Part shown: positions 17,581 through 26,918 of the stretch, one piece after another
Layout: each line of letters begins with the position of its first letter
Position numbering within the stretch: the first letter of the stretch is position 1
Assembly (NCBI GenBank): GCA_964622675.1
Contig: CAZUUK010000001.1
Coordinates: 17,900 to 81,899 of the forward strand
Source: an uncultured Planctomycetota bacterium
Lineage (GTDB): Bacteria > Planctomycetota > DG-23 > CAZBND01
Reading direction: 5' to 3'
Length of the DNA: 64,000 bases
Notes under the pieces: generated by a model
What the model saw: the letters and a program-made list of their open reading frames with translations, nothing else
Databases searched by the model: none
What the model was told of the DNA's origin: nothing
Program-made: the position numbers and the translations under genes

Positions 17581-18483
17581 ATGAGTGCTCAGATTATTGA
17601 CGGCAACGCGATCGCGGAGAAGATTCGGCAGGGGCTCCAAGGAGAAGTTGCGGATCTGAAGGCCAAAGGAAAAGAGCCGCACCTGCTGGCGCTAATGGTT
17701 GGCGAGAGTCCGGCCACGAAGGTTTATGCGAAGAGTCAGCGGAAAAGCTGCGAGGCGCTGGGGCTCAAGTACACGCTGGAGCAGTTGCCGGCGGAGACGG
17801 ACCAGCGGGGGCTTGAGAAGAGGATCAGGGAACTAAACGAGGACCCTTCCGTCACGGGGATTCTCCTTCAGATGCCTCTGCCCGAGGGAGTGGATGCGCG
17901 TAAGCTGCAGGCTTTGATCGCGCCTGAAAAGGATGTTGAGGGAATGAACCCGGCGAATATGGGGATGGTTGTTTATGGAAGGCCGCGACTAGCGCCCTGT
18001 ACGGCGATGGGCGCGGTGGAGCTCGTAAAGTCAACGGGAGTGGAGATCGAGGGTAAAGAGGTGACGGTGGTCGGGCACAGCGAGATCGTGGGCAAGCCGG
18101 TGAGTCTTCTCTTGCTCGACATGTTTGCGACGACCACTGTCTGCCACATCGCGACGAAGGATCTGGCGTATCACACGAAGAACGCTGAGATCCTCGTGGT
18201 AGCGGTGGGCAAGGCTGGTCTGATAAAGGGCAACATGATCCGACCCGGAGCGATCGTCATTGACGTAGGCATTAACCGCGTGCCGCTGAAAGATGAAGAG
18301 GGGAAGCCGGTGTTGACAAGCAAAGGGAAGCCGAAGATGGTAACGGTTGGTGACGTGGTCTTCGACGAGGCGAATGAGGTCGCCTCGTACATTACGCCTG
18401 TTCCCGGCGGAGCAGGCCCGATGACGGTAGCGATACTTTTGCGCAATACTGTCGAAGCGGCAAAGATGCAACTAGGTAGCTGA
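17581..18483 (+). CDS. folD: bifunctional 5,10-methylene-THF dehydrogenase / methenyl-THF cyclohydrolase
   Basis: IIDGNAIA N-terminus, VGESPATKVYAKSQ(R)K, PLP..VD, GHSEIVGKP, TPVPGGAGPMT. Confidence 0.93.
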   Translation: MSAQIIDGNAIAEKIRQGLQGEVADLKAKGKEPHLLALMVGESPATKVYAKSQRKSCEALGLKYTLEQLPAETDQRGLEKRIRELNEDPSVTGILLQMPLPEGVDARKLQALIAPEKDVEGMNPANMGMVVYGRPRLAPCTAMGAVELVKSTGVEIEGKEVTVVGHSEIVGKPVSLLLLDMFATTTVCHIATKDLAYHTKNAEILVVAVGKAGLIKGNMIRPGAIVIDVGINRVPLKDEEGKPVLTSKGKPKMVTVGDVVFDEANEVASYITPVPGGAGPMTVAILLRNTVEAAKMQLGS

Positions 18484-18504
18484 TATAATAGAAGGAGGAG
18501 TCCG

Positions 18505-18750
18505 ATGCAAGTTGAGGTGAAGCTTCCCGACCTTGGTGAGGACGCAGGGGAGGAGGCGACGGTATCGTTTTTCCACTTCCAGGAAGGCGACAAGGTCAAC
18601 GAGAATGACAACCTGGTCGAGATGGTTACCGACAAGGCGGCCTTCGACGTACCGTGCCCCGTGAGCGGCGTACTTAAAAAGATCCTCGCGGGGGAAGACG
18701 AAATCGTTCAGGTGGGACAGCCGCTTGCCATCATTGAAACTGAAGACTGA
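18505..18750 (+). CDS. free-standing lipoyl-attachment domain protein (81 aa)
   Basis: E2-type lipoyl domain signature VEMVTDKAAFDVPCPVSGVL...VGQPLAIIE with the TDKA lipoyl-lysine motif. SD GAAGGAGG lies upstream. Confidence 0.75.
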   Translation: MQVEVKLPDLGEDAGEEATVSFFHFQEGDKVNENDNLVEMVTDKAAFDVPCPVSGVLKKILAGEDEIVQVGQPLAIIETED

Positions 18751-18768
18751 GACAGAAGGAGCGGATTC

Positions 18769-19449
18769 GTGATCATCATGAAGCAGAAGTCAATCGAGGA
18801 CATCCTCGACGCCCTTTCCGGCGAGAAGAAGGTGTTCATCGCCGGATGCGCCGACTGCGCCACGACGTGCAAGGTCGGCGGCGAGGAGGAAGTCGAGGAG
18901 ATGAAGAAGAAGCTGGAAGAGGCGGGGTTTGAAGTTACGGGCACGTGCATTTTCGACACGGCCTGCCTCTCGGGAGAAGTCAGGCAAAAAGGAAAGGACT
19001 TCAAAGAGGCACTGGAGGCGGCTGACAGCGTGCTTGTGCTGGCCTGTGGAACGGGCGTTCAGACCATCGGCGATGTGCTGGAGTTAGTGGTTCACCCCGG
19101 CACGGAATCCCTCTTCACAGGGCAGGTGGTTCGCCTGGGAAAGTACGAGGAAAAGTGCCGGACATGCGGCGAGTGCCTGCTGGAGTACACGGACGGCATA
19201 TGTCCGGTGACCAGATGCTCGAAGGGCCTTTTGAACGGTCCCTGCGGCGGCTACAGCAAAGACGGGAAGTGCGAGGTCGACCCGGAAAAGGACTGCGCCT
19301 GGCTGCTCATATACGAACGGCTGAAGGCCCGTGGCCACCTAGAGAAGATGAAAGAGATACAGGCGCCGAAAGACTACTCGAAGATGCTTTCGCCGCGGCG
19401 TTTGGTCTGGGAGAGAGGCACTGCTAAGGTTGGAGGAGGGAGTAAATGA
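18769..19449 (+). CDS. metV: MetV-like protein (methylene-THF reductase C-terminal domain family, Cys-rich)
   Basis: Cys clusters GCADCATTC, CRTCGEC, CPVTRC, NGPCGG. Position is immediately upstream of metF and overlaps it (ATGA). Confidence 0.7.
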   Translation: MIIMKQKSIEDILDALSGEKKVFIAGCADCATTCKVGGEEEVEEMKKKLEEAGFEVTGTCIFDTACLSGEVRQKGKDFKEALEAADSVLVLACGTGVQTIGDVLELVVHPGTESLFTGQVVRLGKYEEKCRTCGECLLEYTDGICPVTRCSKGLLNGPCGGYSKDGKCEVDPEKDCAWLLIYERLKARGHLEKMKEIQAPKDYSKMLSPRRLVWERGTAKVGGGSK

Positions 19450-20321
19450 AGCTTCGGCAAGCCCTGGAGTCCGGCAACTTTGTATTCACAGGAGAAATCG
19501 GCCCGCCGAAAGGCACCGACATTGACGCTGTCATCGAGGAGGCCGAAGAATACTATCGCGATACGGTTACTGCAGTCAATGTAACCGACCTTCAAAGCTC
19601 AGTGATGAGAGTCGGTTCGATGGCTATCTGTCACCGGCTCGCGGACGTGGGCATCGAACCTGTCTACCAGATGGTGTGCAGGGATCGCAATCGGCTTGCG
19701 CTGCAGTCGGATCTGCTGAGCGCGTCGGTGCTTGGGATCGAAAACGTCCTGGCGTTGACAGGGGACCACGTGCCTCTGGGTGATCATCCAAGTGCAAAGT
19801 CCGTTTTTGATTTAGACTCGGTGCAGTTGCTGCAAGTGATAGATAAGCTGCAAGAGGGGAAGGACATGGAAGGGAACGAGCTTGCGGGCACGCCAAAGTT
19901 TTTCGCCGGAGCGGTGGTGGCGCCGGCCGCTGAGCCGCTTGAGCCCCAGATCCTGAAGATGGAGAAAAAGATTCGAGCGGGAGCGAAATTCTTCCAAACC
20001 CAGGCGGTTTACGATGCGGCGTGCTTCGAGAAATTTATGGACCAGGTGCGGGGATTCGGCGTGCCGGTGCTGGTGGGCATGGTTCTGCTCAAGTCAGCCG
20101 GGATGGCGAAGTTCATGAACGAAAACGTCTCCGGTGTGTTCGTGCCGGACGATCTGATCAAGGAACTGGCGTCTGCAGGCAAGAAGGAGAGGAAGAAGAA
20201 AAGCGTCGAGATCGCCGCAAGACTCATACGCGAGATGAAGGACATGTGCCAGGGGGTGCACTTGATGCCCCTGGGTTGGGATTCGGAAGTGCCGAAAGTC
20301 ATCGAGCAGGCAATGTCTTAG
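19446..20321 (+). CDS. metF: methylenetetrahydrofolate reductase
   Basis: TIM-barrel MTHFR pattern: [36 protein letters not shown]. Confidence 0.85.
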   Translation: MKLRQALESGNFVFTGEIGPPKGTDIDAVIEEAEEYYRDTVTAVNVTDLQSSVMRVGSMAICHRLADVGIEPVYQMVCRDRNRLALQSDLLSASVLGIENVLALTGDHVPLGDHPSAKSVFDLDSVQLLQVIDKLQEGKDMEGNELAGTPKFFAGAVVAPAAEPLEPQILKMEKKIRAGAKFFQTQAVYDAACFEKFMDQVRGFGVPVLVGMVLLKSAGMAKFMNENVSGVFVPDDLIKELASAGKKERKKKSVEIAARLIREMKDMCQGVHLMPLGWDSEVPKVIEQAMS

Positions 20322-20331
20322 AGAGGAAGAA

Positions 20332-21555
20332 ATGGCCGGAAAAGAGGTGGTGCGGAAGGTGGTGCTGGCATACTCGGGAGGACTTGATACGTCTGTTATC
20401 CTCCCGTGGCTCAAGGAGACCTACGGCTGCGAAGTGATAGCCTACATCGCTGACGTAGGTCAGGGAGAGGAGCTTGATTCGGCGAAGCGAAGGGCGGAGG
20501 CTTGCGGAGCGGCAAAGGTGTGCGCGGAAGACCTGCGGGAAGAGTTCGTACAGGGCTACCTTTTCAAGGCATTGAAGGCCGGTGCGGCTTACGAAGGCTC
20601 CTATCTGCTCGGGACTTCACTGGCAAGGTACATAATTGCAGGCAAGCAGGTCGAGGTCGCCCAAAGGGAGGGGGCGGACGCTGTTGCACATGGGTGCACC
20701 GGGAAAGGGAACGACCAAGTACGGTTCGAACTGACGTATATGGCTCTGGATCCGAGCCTTGTGGTGATAGCTCCATGGAAGGACGAACGGTGGCCGATAA
20801 CATCACGTGAGGACGCTCTCGCGTACGCAAAGACACACAATATCCCTCTTGATGTGTCACCGAAGGACATCTACAGCCGCGACCGGAATATCTGGCACCT
20901 GAGCCACGAAGGCGCGGATCTGGAATCTCCAGCCAACGAGCCGCAGCCAAGCCTTTTCAAGATCTCGAAACCGATCGAGGACGCCCCGGATGAGCCTGCG
21001 TACGTGCAAATCGAATTTGGGAAGGGAATTCCGGTCGCCCTTGACGGTCAGCCGCTGTCGGGCGCGGAACTGGTGGCAAAACTCAACGCCGCGGCCGGCG
21101 AGCACGGGATAGGGCAAGTGGACCTGGTGGAGAATCGCGTCGTGGGAATGAAGTCCCGCGGCGTTTACGAGACGCCCGGAGGAACGGTTCTCCGCGTCGC
21201 GCACCGGAGATTGGAGACGCTGACGCTGGATAGGGAGACGGCGCACTACAAAGACCTCGTGTCGCAGAAGTATGCGGAGCTGGTGTACTCGGGGCTGTGG
21301 TTCACTCCGCTGCGGCGCGCGCTGGATGCCTTCGTAGACGTAACACAAGAATTCGTCACTGGCAGCGTGAAGATGAAGCTCTACAAGGGGAACGCTACGC
21401 CCGCGTCGGTTGACTCGCCCTACTCGCTTTACAGCGAGGATCTGGCGAGCTTTGCTATGGGAGAATACGAGCCGCGCAACGCTGCGGGATTCATCTCGCT
21501 TTTCGGGCTGCCTGTCAAGATCTTGGGCCAGATTCAGAAGAGGGCGCCAAAGTAG
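20332..21555 (+). CDS. argG: argininosuccinate synthase
   Basis: [12 protein letters not shown]-PPase motif; [14 protein letters not shown]; SRDRNIWH. Confidence 0.95.
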   Translation: MAGKEVVRKVVLAYSGGLDTSVILPWLKETYGCEVIAYIADVGQGEELDSAKRRAEACGAAKVCAEDLREEFVQGYLFKALKAGAAYEGSYLLGTSLARYIIAGKQVEVAQREGADAVAHGCTGKGNDQVRFELTYMALDPSLVVIAPWKDERWPITSREDALAYAKTHNIPLDVSPKDIYSRDRNIWHLSHEGADLESPANEPQPSLFKISKPIEDAPDEPAYVQIEFGKGIPVALDGQPLSGAELVAKLNAAAGEHGIGQVDLVENRVVGMKSRGVYETPGGTVLRVAHRRLETLTLDRETAHYKDLVSQKYAELVYSGLWFTPLRRALDAFVDVTQEFVTGSVKMKLYKGNATPASVDSPYSLYSEDLASFAMGEYEPRNAAGFISLFGLPVKILGQIQKRAPK

Positions 21556-21654
21556 CCGCAGCTCGCCCATGAAACTGAGCGCCAGTCTGAGCGTCTAGAT
21601 TTCCTGACGGGTGGCTTTTTCACACATCCCACCGAGGGCCCGCTGCGCCGCGGG

Positions 21655-22491
21655 TCAGGATTGGTCGCGCAGTCGCTCGAGGAGCGCCTTGGCCCGCTTT
21701 ACGTCGCCGATCCTGTCATGGCCGCCTTCCCGCTCGATGACGAGGGGACCGGAGTACCCGATCTCCTTCAACGTGGCGACAAATCGGCTAATGCCGACTT
21801 CCCCATCGCCAAGCGGGACTTCGTGACCCAGTTTGCCGGCTTCTGTCGGCCGCTTTCCGTCCTTGGCGTGGACATGAACCACGTAAGCCTTGAGCATTTC
21901 AAGCGCTTTGATCGGGTCGCCGGAATTGTAAAGAATCATGTTGGCGGGGTCGAAATTGATCTTCACATTGCCGTTGCCAAGGTCGGCCATGAAGTCCAGC
22001 ATAAGAGCCGCGGGCTCCTGTCCCGTCTCCATGGCGAATGTGACCGACTTCGAGGCGCAGTAATCAGCAACAGTTCCTATAGTCTGGAGGAGTCTCCTGT
22101 AATCCTCCGAAGAGCGGTCCTCAGGAATGACACCGATGTGCGTTGTAAGCACGGCGGCTCCGACATCGGCCGCGAAATCGGCAAACCGCTTTGTCTCCTC
22201 TATTCTCTCCTCCAACATCGCTGGATTCGTGAGTCCGACTGTTTCGTTAATCGTCCGGAGGTCCCGGTAGCTTTCGCCGGAGTAGGAAGCACACACTGCC
22301 GAGGGGGTTGCAGAATTCTGGTTCAGAGCGCTTCGGAGCTCCTCCAGACGGCTGTGGTCGTAATAATCTCGGCGAGCTGCCGGATGAAGTTGCACGACGT
22401 TGATATCCAGTTCCCCTGCTTTGTTGAGTGCCTCCACGGCGTCTCTTATGCCAAGGGAATTGAGAAATACACCGACTTCCATCGGTCGCAT
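21655..22491 (-). CDS. sugar phosphate isomerase/epimerase (xylose-isomerase-like TIM barrel)
   Basis: Pattern of conserved acidic/His positions (ETG, HVHAKDG, PLG.GEV, EREG) typical of the AP endonuclease 2/xylose isomerase-like fold. Confidence 0.65.
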   Translation of the reverse strand: MRPMEVGVFLNSLGIRDAVEALNKAGELDINVVQLHPAARRDYYDHSRLEELRSALNQNSATPSAVCASYSGESYRDLRTINETVGLTNPAMLEERIEETKRFADFAADVGAAVLTTHIGVIPEDRSSEDYRRLLQTIGTVADYCASKSVTFAMETGQEPAALMLDFMADLGNGNVKINFDPANMILYNSGDPIKALEMLKAYVVHVHAKDGKRPTEAGKLGHEVPLGDGEVGISRFVATLKEIGYSGPLVIEREGGHDRIGDVKRAKALLERLRDQS

Positions 22492-22527
22492 CTAACTGTC
22501 CTCCTTCCTACTGGCTTGCATGTTCTG

Positions 22528-23121
22528 TCAATACGTTCGCAGTACGCCGACGACGACTCCCTGGATCTTGACGTCGTTGGGATAGACAGGAGCTAAAGAG
22601 GGATTTCCGGGCTGGAGGCGAATCCGCCCAGCGTCACGGTAGAATTTCTTCAGCGTCACCTGGTCGCCACTGACAAGTGCAACAACTGTCTCGCCATTGC
22701 GTGCAGTTTCGCGGCGTTCGACGATGACGTAGTCGCCGTCCTGTATATGCTCGTCCGTCATCGAGTCGCCCCGGACCCTGAGAACGAAATAATCGTCTCC
22801 CCGCGGGACAAGGTCGCTAAGGTGAACCATCTCTTGATCGGGGACGACCTCTACGGGCTTTCCAGCAGCTATGTAACCCAAGAGCGGGAGCGACAGCTCA
22901 CCCTCAGCGATTGAGGGCCTAAGAAGCCTAACCGAGCGAGGCTGATAGCGTTCGCAAGCCACATAGCCCTTCCTCTCCAACACCCTCCTGTACTGGAGGG
23001 CGGTTACCTCGCAGACGCCCATGTGCCGGGCCATTTCTTTGAGCGTTGGAGAATAGCCGTTCTTGGTGGAGTATTGCTCGATGAACTGGAGCACTTTGAG
23101 CTGCTTAGGGGTCAATGTCAT
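22528..23121 (-). CDS. lexA: LexA repressor
   Basis: N-terminal wHTH LTPKQLKVLQFI; cleavage-site-like region; S24 peptidase GDSM ... KKF Ser/Lys dyad. ATG 23121 is chosen because the ORF-track ATG 23145 falls inside the -10 box. Confidence 0.9.
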   Translation of the reverse strand: MTLTPKQLKVLQFIEQYSTKNGYSPTLKEMARHMGVCEVTALQYRRVLERKGYVACERYQPRSVRLLRPSIAEGELSLPLLGYIAAGKPVEVVPDQEMVHLSDLVPRGDDYFVLRVRGDSMTDEHIQDGDYVIVERRETARNGETVVALVSGDQVTLKKFYRDAGRIRLQPGNPSLAPVYPNDVKIQGVVVGVLRTY

Positions 23122-23140
23122 CTTCGCCAACCTCACGCAA

Positions 23141-23169
23141 ATCATAAACTAAAGAAAACGCCAGGTCAA
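23141..23169 (-). promoter_or_regulatory. sigma70-type promoter (TTGACC-N17-TATGAT) for lexA
   Basis: Minus strand: TTGACC 23169-23164, 17-nt spacer, TATGAT 23146-23141. Confidence 0.55.
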
Positions 23170-23186
23170 TCATGCAACATCTCTGC

Positions 23187-23215
23187 TTGACTGATGGGCG
23201 TAGCGGGAGTAGATT
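23187..23215 (+). promoter_or_regulatory. sigma70-type promoter (TTGACT-N17-TAGATT) for the nudix-rhomboid-thrC-dapB operon
   Basis: TTGACT 23187-23192, 17-nt spacer, TAGATT 23210-23215. Confidence 0.5.
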
Positions 23216-23239
23216 GTCCTTATAGACGGGGGCAAAGGC

Positions 23240-23791
23240 ATGCCGGGAGAAGTGGTATCAAGCGAGGACGTGTTCAAGGGCAAGCGTGTTTCGCTTCGCC
23301 TCGACGTCCTGCGGTTCGCATCAGGAGATAGACGGCGGGAGGTCGTGGTTCACCCCGGGGCGGCGGCCGCGGTGCCGGCCCTGGAAAGCGGGGAAGTTCT
23401 TCTCGTGCGGCAATACCGCCACGCGGTGGGAACCAGCCTGTACGAAGTGCCAGCGGGCACGCTCGAAAGAGGAGAAGGGCCCGAGGATTGCATTAGAAGG
23501 GAGCTCATGGAGGAGGTGGGATTCCGGGCCAAATCGCTGGAGAAGCTGCTGACCATTGCCACCTCCCCTGGTGTTATGACGGAAAGGATTTCCATATATC
23601 TAGCTCGCGGAGAGCAAGTCGCAAGCCAGAACCTGGAGCCGGGCGAGGAGATCCAGGCGGCGAAAATGACTATGGAAGAGGCTTTGGAGACCGTGGGGAG
23701 CAGTGACATAGTGGACGCCAAGAGCTTTGTGGCGCTTGTGGCGGCCTCGCGGCGACTGGCAGCCGGAGACTCCGGTGAGGAAGTGAGATGA
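23240..23791 (+). CDS. NUDIX hydrolase (ADP-ribose pyrophosphatase-like)
   Basis: Nudix box GTLERGEGPEDCIRRELMEEVG. Confidence 0.85.
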   Translation: MPGEVVSSEDVFKGKRVSLRLDVLRFASGDRRREVVVHPGAAAAVPALESGEVLLVRQYRHAVGTSLYEVPAGTLERGEGPEDCIRRELMEEVGFRAKSLEKLLTIATSPGVMTERISIYLARGEQVASQNLEPGEEIQAAKMTMEEALETVGSSDIVDAKSFVALVAASRRLAAGDSGEEVR

Positions 23792-24654
23792 GGCGAAGAA
23801 AAGCTCGTGCCGCCAAGACGCGGGCACCGGAATTCTGCCGCGCTGTGATTGCGCTGGAGGCGATCTGGGTGGGCGCGTTCCTGGTTAACATCTTTCTTAT
23901 GCAGGTATATCAGCAGAGCCCGTCGGGCCAGGGGCACTTCGTGGACGCTTTTGCGCTGCACGCCCCTGTGATGGTCTGGCAAGATGCATGGTGGGAAATG
24001 GCAACGTACCTCTTCGTCCACCAAAGCCTTGGCCTCCTGATCATTAACTGCCTAGTGCTGTGGATTCTGGGTTCGCATCTGGAGCGCGAATTGGGCTCAG
24101 CGAGATTCGTCGGGCTCATTCTTGCCTGTGGCGTGACAGCGGCAGCAGGCAGCTTAAGCGCCAGCCTCACCATCGAGAGCCTGACGAGCGTGGCAGCGGA
24201 TACGACTATAAGCGGGGGCCTCGGGGTCGTACTGGGGATAGCCGCGGCTTTCGCGGTGGTGCGGGGGCGAAAAGCCGTTATGCTGACGCGGCTCTTGCCG
24301 CTTCGAGGGCGGGAACTGGCGGCTATCGCGGGCGGCCTCGCGCTTGGGCTGGCGCTTCTTAGCAGCAAAGGAGGGATCTCAGCAGTGGTCGTCTCCGGCC
24401 AGGTGCTGGGAGCTTTGACAGGTGCGTGCGTTACGCTTGCCAGGCCTCGCGTCGCGGCGTTCATGGCTTGGAGGCAACGTGTTCTGCACGAGCGTGAGTC
24501 CACCAGGGAGGAAGAGACGCGAGAGAAAGTAGACGCTCTTTTGGAAAAGGTGCATGGCCTCGGCCTCGACGGGCTGACGAAGAAAGAGCGGTCATTCCTC
24601 CGCAACGCGAGCAAGCTCTACCGAAAGCAACCAGGGCGGCACATCAACCGGTGA
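23788..24654 (+). CDS. rhomboid-family membrane protein (possibly non-catalytic)
   Basis: [36 protein letters not shown] aligns with the rhomboid TM2-TM3 WR..TH...H....N..G...E motif. It has multi-TM topology. The start overlaps the nudix stop (ATGA). Confidence 0.6.
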   Translation: MRRRKARAAKTRAPEFCRAVIALEAIWVGAFLVNIFLMQVYQQSPSGQGHFVDAFALHAPVMVWQDAWWEMATYLFVHQSLGLLIINCLVLWILGSHLERELGSARFVGLILACGVTAAAGSLSASLTIESLTSVAADTTISGGLGVVLGIAAAFAVVRGRKAVMLTRLLPLRGRELAAIAGGLALGLALLSSKGGISAVVVSGQVLGALTGACVTLARPRVAAFMAWRQRVLHERESTREEETREKVDALLEKVHGLGLDGLTKKERSFLRNASKLYRKQPGRHINR

Positions 24655-24691
24655 AAGAAAGCCCTATCTCGCCCAGCCCTGGAGGAATCCT

Positions 24692-26107
24692 ATGAGAGGA
24701 AACGATGTCGCGTTCCAAAAATGTATAGACCCGCGCTGCGGTTCCACCTTCGATGTGGCAGAGGTTCTTCACTCTTGCCCGAAGTGCGGCAGCCTCCTTG
24801 ACGTGCGCTACGAGTGGGATAGAGTGGCCGTCCCGAGTCGGCTGAGTGAGTTCGAGAAGCGCTGGGTGAACAGGCGGGAGCCGCTCGATCTCAGCGGGGT
24901 GTGGCGGTTCAGAGAGTTAATGCCTTTCGCTCCCGGAGAAGCTGTCATCACCATTGGCGAGGGGCAGACCCTTCTGTGGGAGAGCAAAATAGTCGGGGAA
25001 TATGCAGGGCTCAGCCGGGGGAAGCTGTTACTTCAGTACGAGGGTCTGAATCCGTCCGGGTCGTTCAAAGACAATGGCATGACGGCGGCCTTTACGCACG
25101 CGGGGATCGTCGGCGCCAGCAGAGCCGCGTGCGCATCAACCGGAAACACGGCGGCTTCGGTAGCTCTCTACGCTGCCTGCAGCGGCATTCTTCGGGCGGT
25201 GATATTTATCGGGAAGGGAAAGATCGCGCTGGGAAAGCTGGTGCAGTCGCTGGAGAGCGGCCCGCTGACTCTGCAGATAGAGGGTGACTTCGACGATGCG
25301 ATGCGCCATGTCGTGGAAGTCTGCCGCCAGGACGGTATCTATTTGATGAACTCGGTGAATCCCTTCCGCCTCGAAGGGCAGAAGGCGATCATGTACCGCG
25401 TGCTGGAAGGGCTAGCGTGGGAGCCGCCGGACTGGATCGTTGTGCCCGGGGGTAACCTGGGCAACAGCTCTTCCTTCGGCAAGGCTTTCGCCGAACTCGC
25501 GGAGCTGGGGCTCGTGCGGAGGGTTCCTCGTCTGGCTGTTGTCAATTCGACGGGTGCGAACACGCTCTATCGGCTGGTCAACGAGCGCGGGCTTCGCTGG
25601 AACGATGGGGCCATCGACGATGATCTGATAAGCTCCTACTACGCGGAGCTCGACCGCACGGGCGCGCGCGCGAAGACGCTTGCAAGCGCAATCGAGATCA
25701 ACCGCCCGGTGAATCTGAAGAAGTGCCTGCGCGCAATCGATTTCATGGACGGCGTCGTGTGCCAGGTTACCGACGAAGAGATTCTGAACGCAAAGGCGAA
25801 GATCGGTGCTGCGAGCATCGGCTGCGAACCCGCCTCGGCGGCTTCAGTCGCCGGTCTGAGGCGGCTGGTGGAGAAAGGGACGATTGGGCGCGATGAGCGC
25901 GTCGTATGCATTCTGACAGGTCACCAACTGAAAGACACCGCTGTAACCATCGCGTACCACTCGGGCTCCGAATCCGTCGTCAACGAGAAGCTAGGTGAAT
26001 ACGGTGTAGAATCGACTCCGTTCGACAACCCGCCTGTGGTTGTGCCCAACGACCTCGAGGCGATACGCAGAACGATAGCCTCGGATCCCCAGCAAGCGAA
26101 GAGGTAG
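24692..26107 (+). CDS. thrC: threonine synthase (long form with N-terminal zinc ribbon)
   Basis: CxxC...CPKC N-terminal ribbon; PLP-lysine motif [12 protein letters not shown]; GNLGN loop. Confidence 0.9.
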   Translation: MRGNDVAFQKCIDPRCGSTFDVAEVLHSCPKCGSLLDVRYEWDRVAVPSRLSEFEKRWVNRREPLDLSGVWRFRELMPFAPGEAVITIGEGQTLLWESKIVGEYAGLSRGKLLLQYEGLNPSGSFKDNGMTAAFTHAGIVGASRAACASTGNTAASVALYAACSGILRAVIFIGKGKIALGKLVQSLESGPLTLQIEGDFDDAMRHVVEVCRQDGIYLMNSVNPFRLEGQKAIMYRVLEGLAWEPPDWIVVPGGNLGNSSSFGKAFAELAELGLVRRVPRLAVVNSTGANTLYRLVNERGLRWNDGAIDDDLISSYYAELDRTGARAKTLASAIEINRPVNLKKCLRAIDFMDGVVCQVTDEEILNAKAKIGAASIGCEPASAASVAGLRRLVEKGTIGRDERVVCILTGHQLKDTAVTIAYHSGSESVVNEKLGEYGVESTPFDNPPVVVPNDLEAIRRTIASDPQQAKR

Positions 26108-26111
26108 GCAA

Positions 26112-26906
26112 ATGATCACTATAGGCGTAAGCGGCGCGGCCGGGAAGATGGGCAGAAAGATCCTGGCGCTTGCGTCGGAGGACAAAGCTTACGAAGTGAA
26201 GGCGGCGATCGAATCAGAAGGAAACAAGGCCGTCGGACAGGACGCCGGTGAACCGGCAGGGGTCGGCAGGCTTGGGGTGATTGTGACGGACCGGCTGGCG
26301 GCCAAGGTTGATGTGGTTCTGGATTTCTCCAGCCCCGGCGGGACGATGCGGCGGCTGGGAGAGTGCCGCAAGCTAGGCGTGGCAATCGTCATAGGAACAA
26401 CCGGATTCAGCCAAGAGGAATTGGAGGAAATAGAAAGCGCCGCCAATGTCATCCCTTGCCTCCTCTCCCCCAACATGAGCCTCGGGGTGAACCTGGTGGC
26501 CAGGCTGGTAGCGGAGGCCGCCGAGGCGCTGGGAGATGATTACGATATAGAGATCTTAGAGGCGCACCACAGGTTCAAGAAAGACGCGCCCAGTGGGACA
26601 GCACTGCTGCTGGCCCGCGAAGCGGCGGCGGCAAGAGACCTGAAGCTCGACGAGGCAGCGATATACGGGCGAAGCGGCGAAACGGGCCAGCGGCCACGAG
26701 ATGTCATCGGCATCCATGCGGTGCGAGGCGGCGACATCGTCGGGGACCATTCGGTCATTTTTGCCGGGGATGGGGAGCGGATAGAGCTGACGCACAAGGC
26801 CCACAGCCGCGACACCTTCGCCAGGGGAGCCCTGAGAGCCGCCCAATTCGTGGCGAGCAGACCACCGGGCCTTTACAGCATGGCCGACGTGCTCGGGCTA
26901 AAGTAG
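26112..26906 (+). CDS. dapB: 4-hydroxy-tetrahydrodipicolinate reductase
   Basis: GVSGAAGKMG NAD(P) loop; EAHHRFKKDAPSGTA catalytic motif. Confidence 0.93.
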   Translation: MITIGVSGAAGKMGRKILALASEDKAYEVKAAIESEGNKAVGQDAGEPAGVGRLGVIVTDRLAAKVDVVLDFSSPGGTMRRLGECRKLGVAIVIGTTGFSQEELEEIESAANVIPCLLSPNMSLGVNLVARLVAEAAEALGDDYDIEILEAHHRFKKDAPSGTALLLAREAAAARDLKLDEAAIYGRSGETGQRPRDVIGIHAVRGGDIVGDHSVIFAGDGERIELTHKAHSRDTFARGALRAAQFVASRPPGLYSMADVLGLK

Positions 26907-26918
26907 GCCGAGTAGCGG

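Noticed and set aside
21661-22596. 311-aa plus-strand ORF antisense to the sugar phosphate isomerase gene
   Set aside because: Arg/Val/Gly-rich, low-information translation typical of an antisense frame in GC-rich DNA. The opposite strand has clear TIM-barrel family motifs.
23164-23192. Imperfect inverted repeat AGTCAA-N17-TTGACC upstream of lexA, considered as an SOS box
   Set aside because: It is explained by the two divergent -35 hexamers (lexA and nudix promoters). I found no CTGT-N8-ACAG or GAAC-N4-GTTC type LexA box, so the operator remains unidentified.
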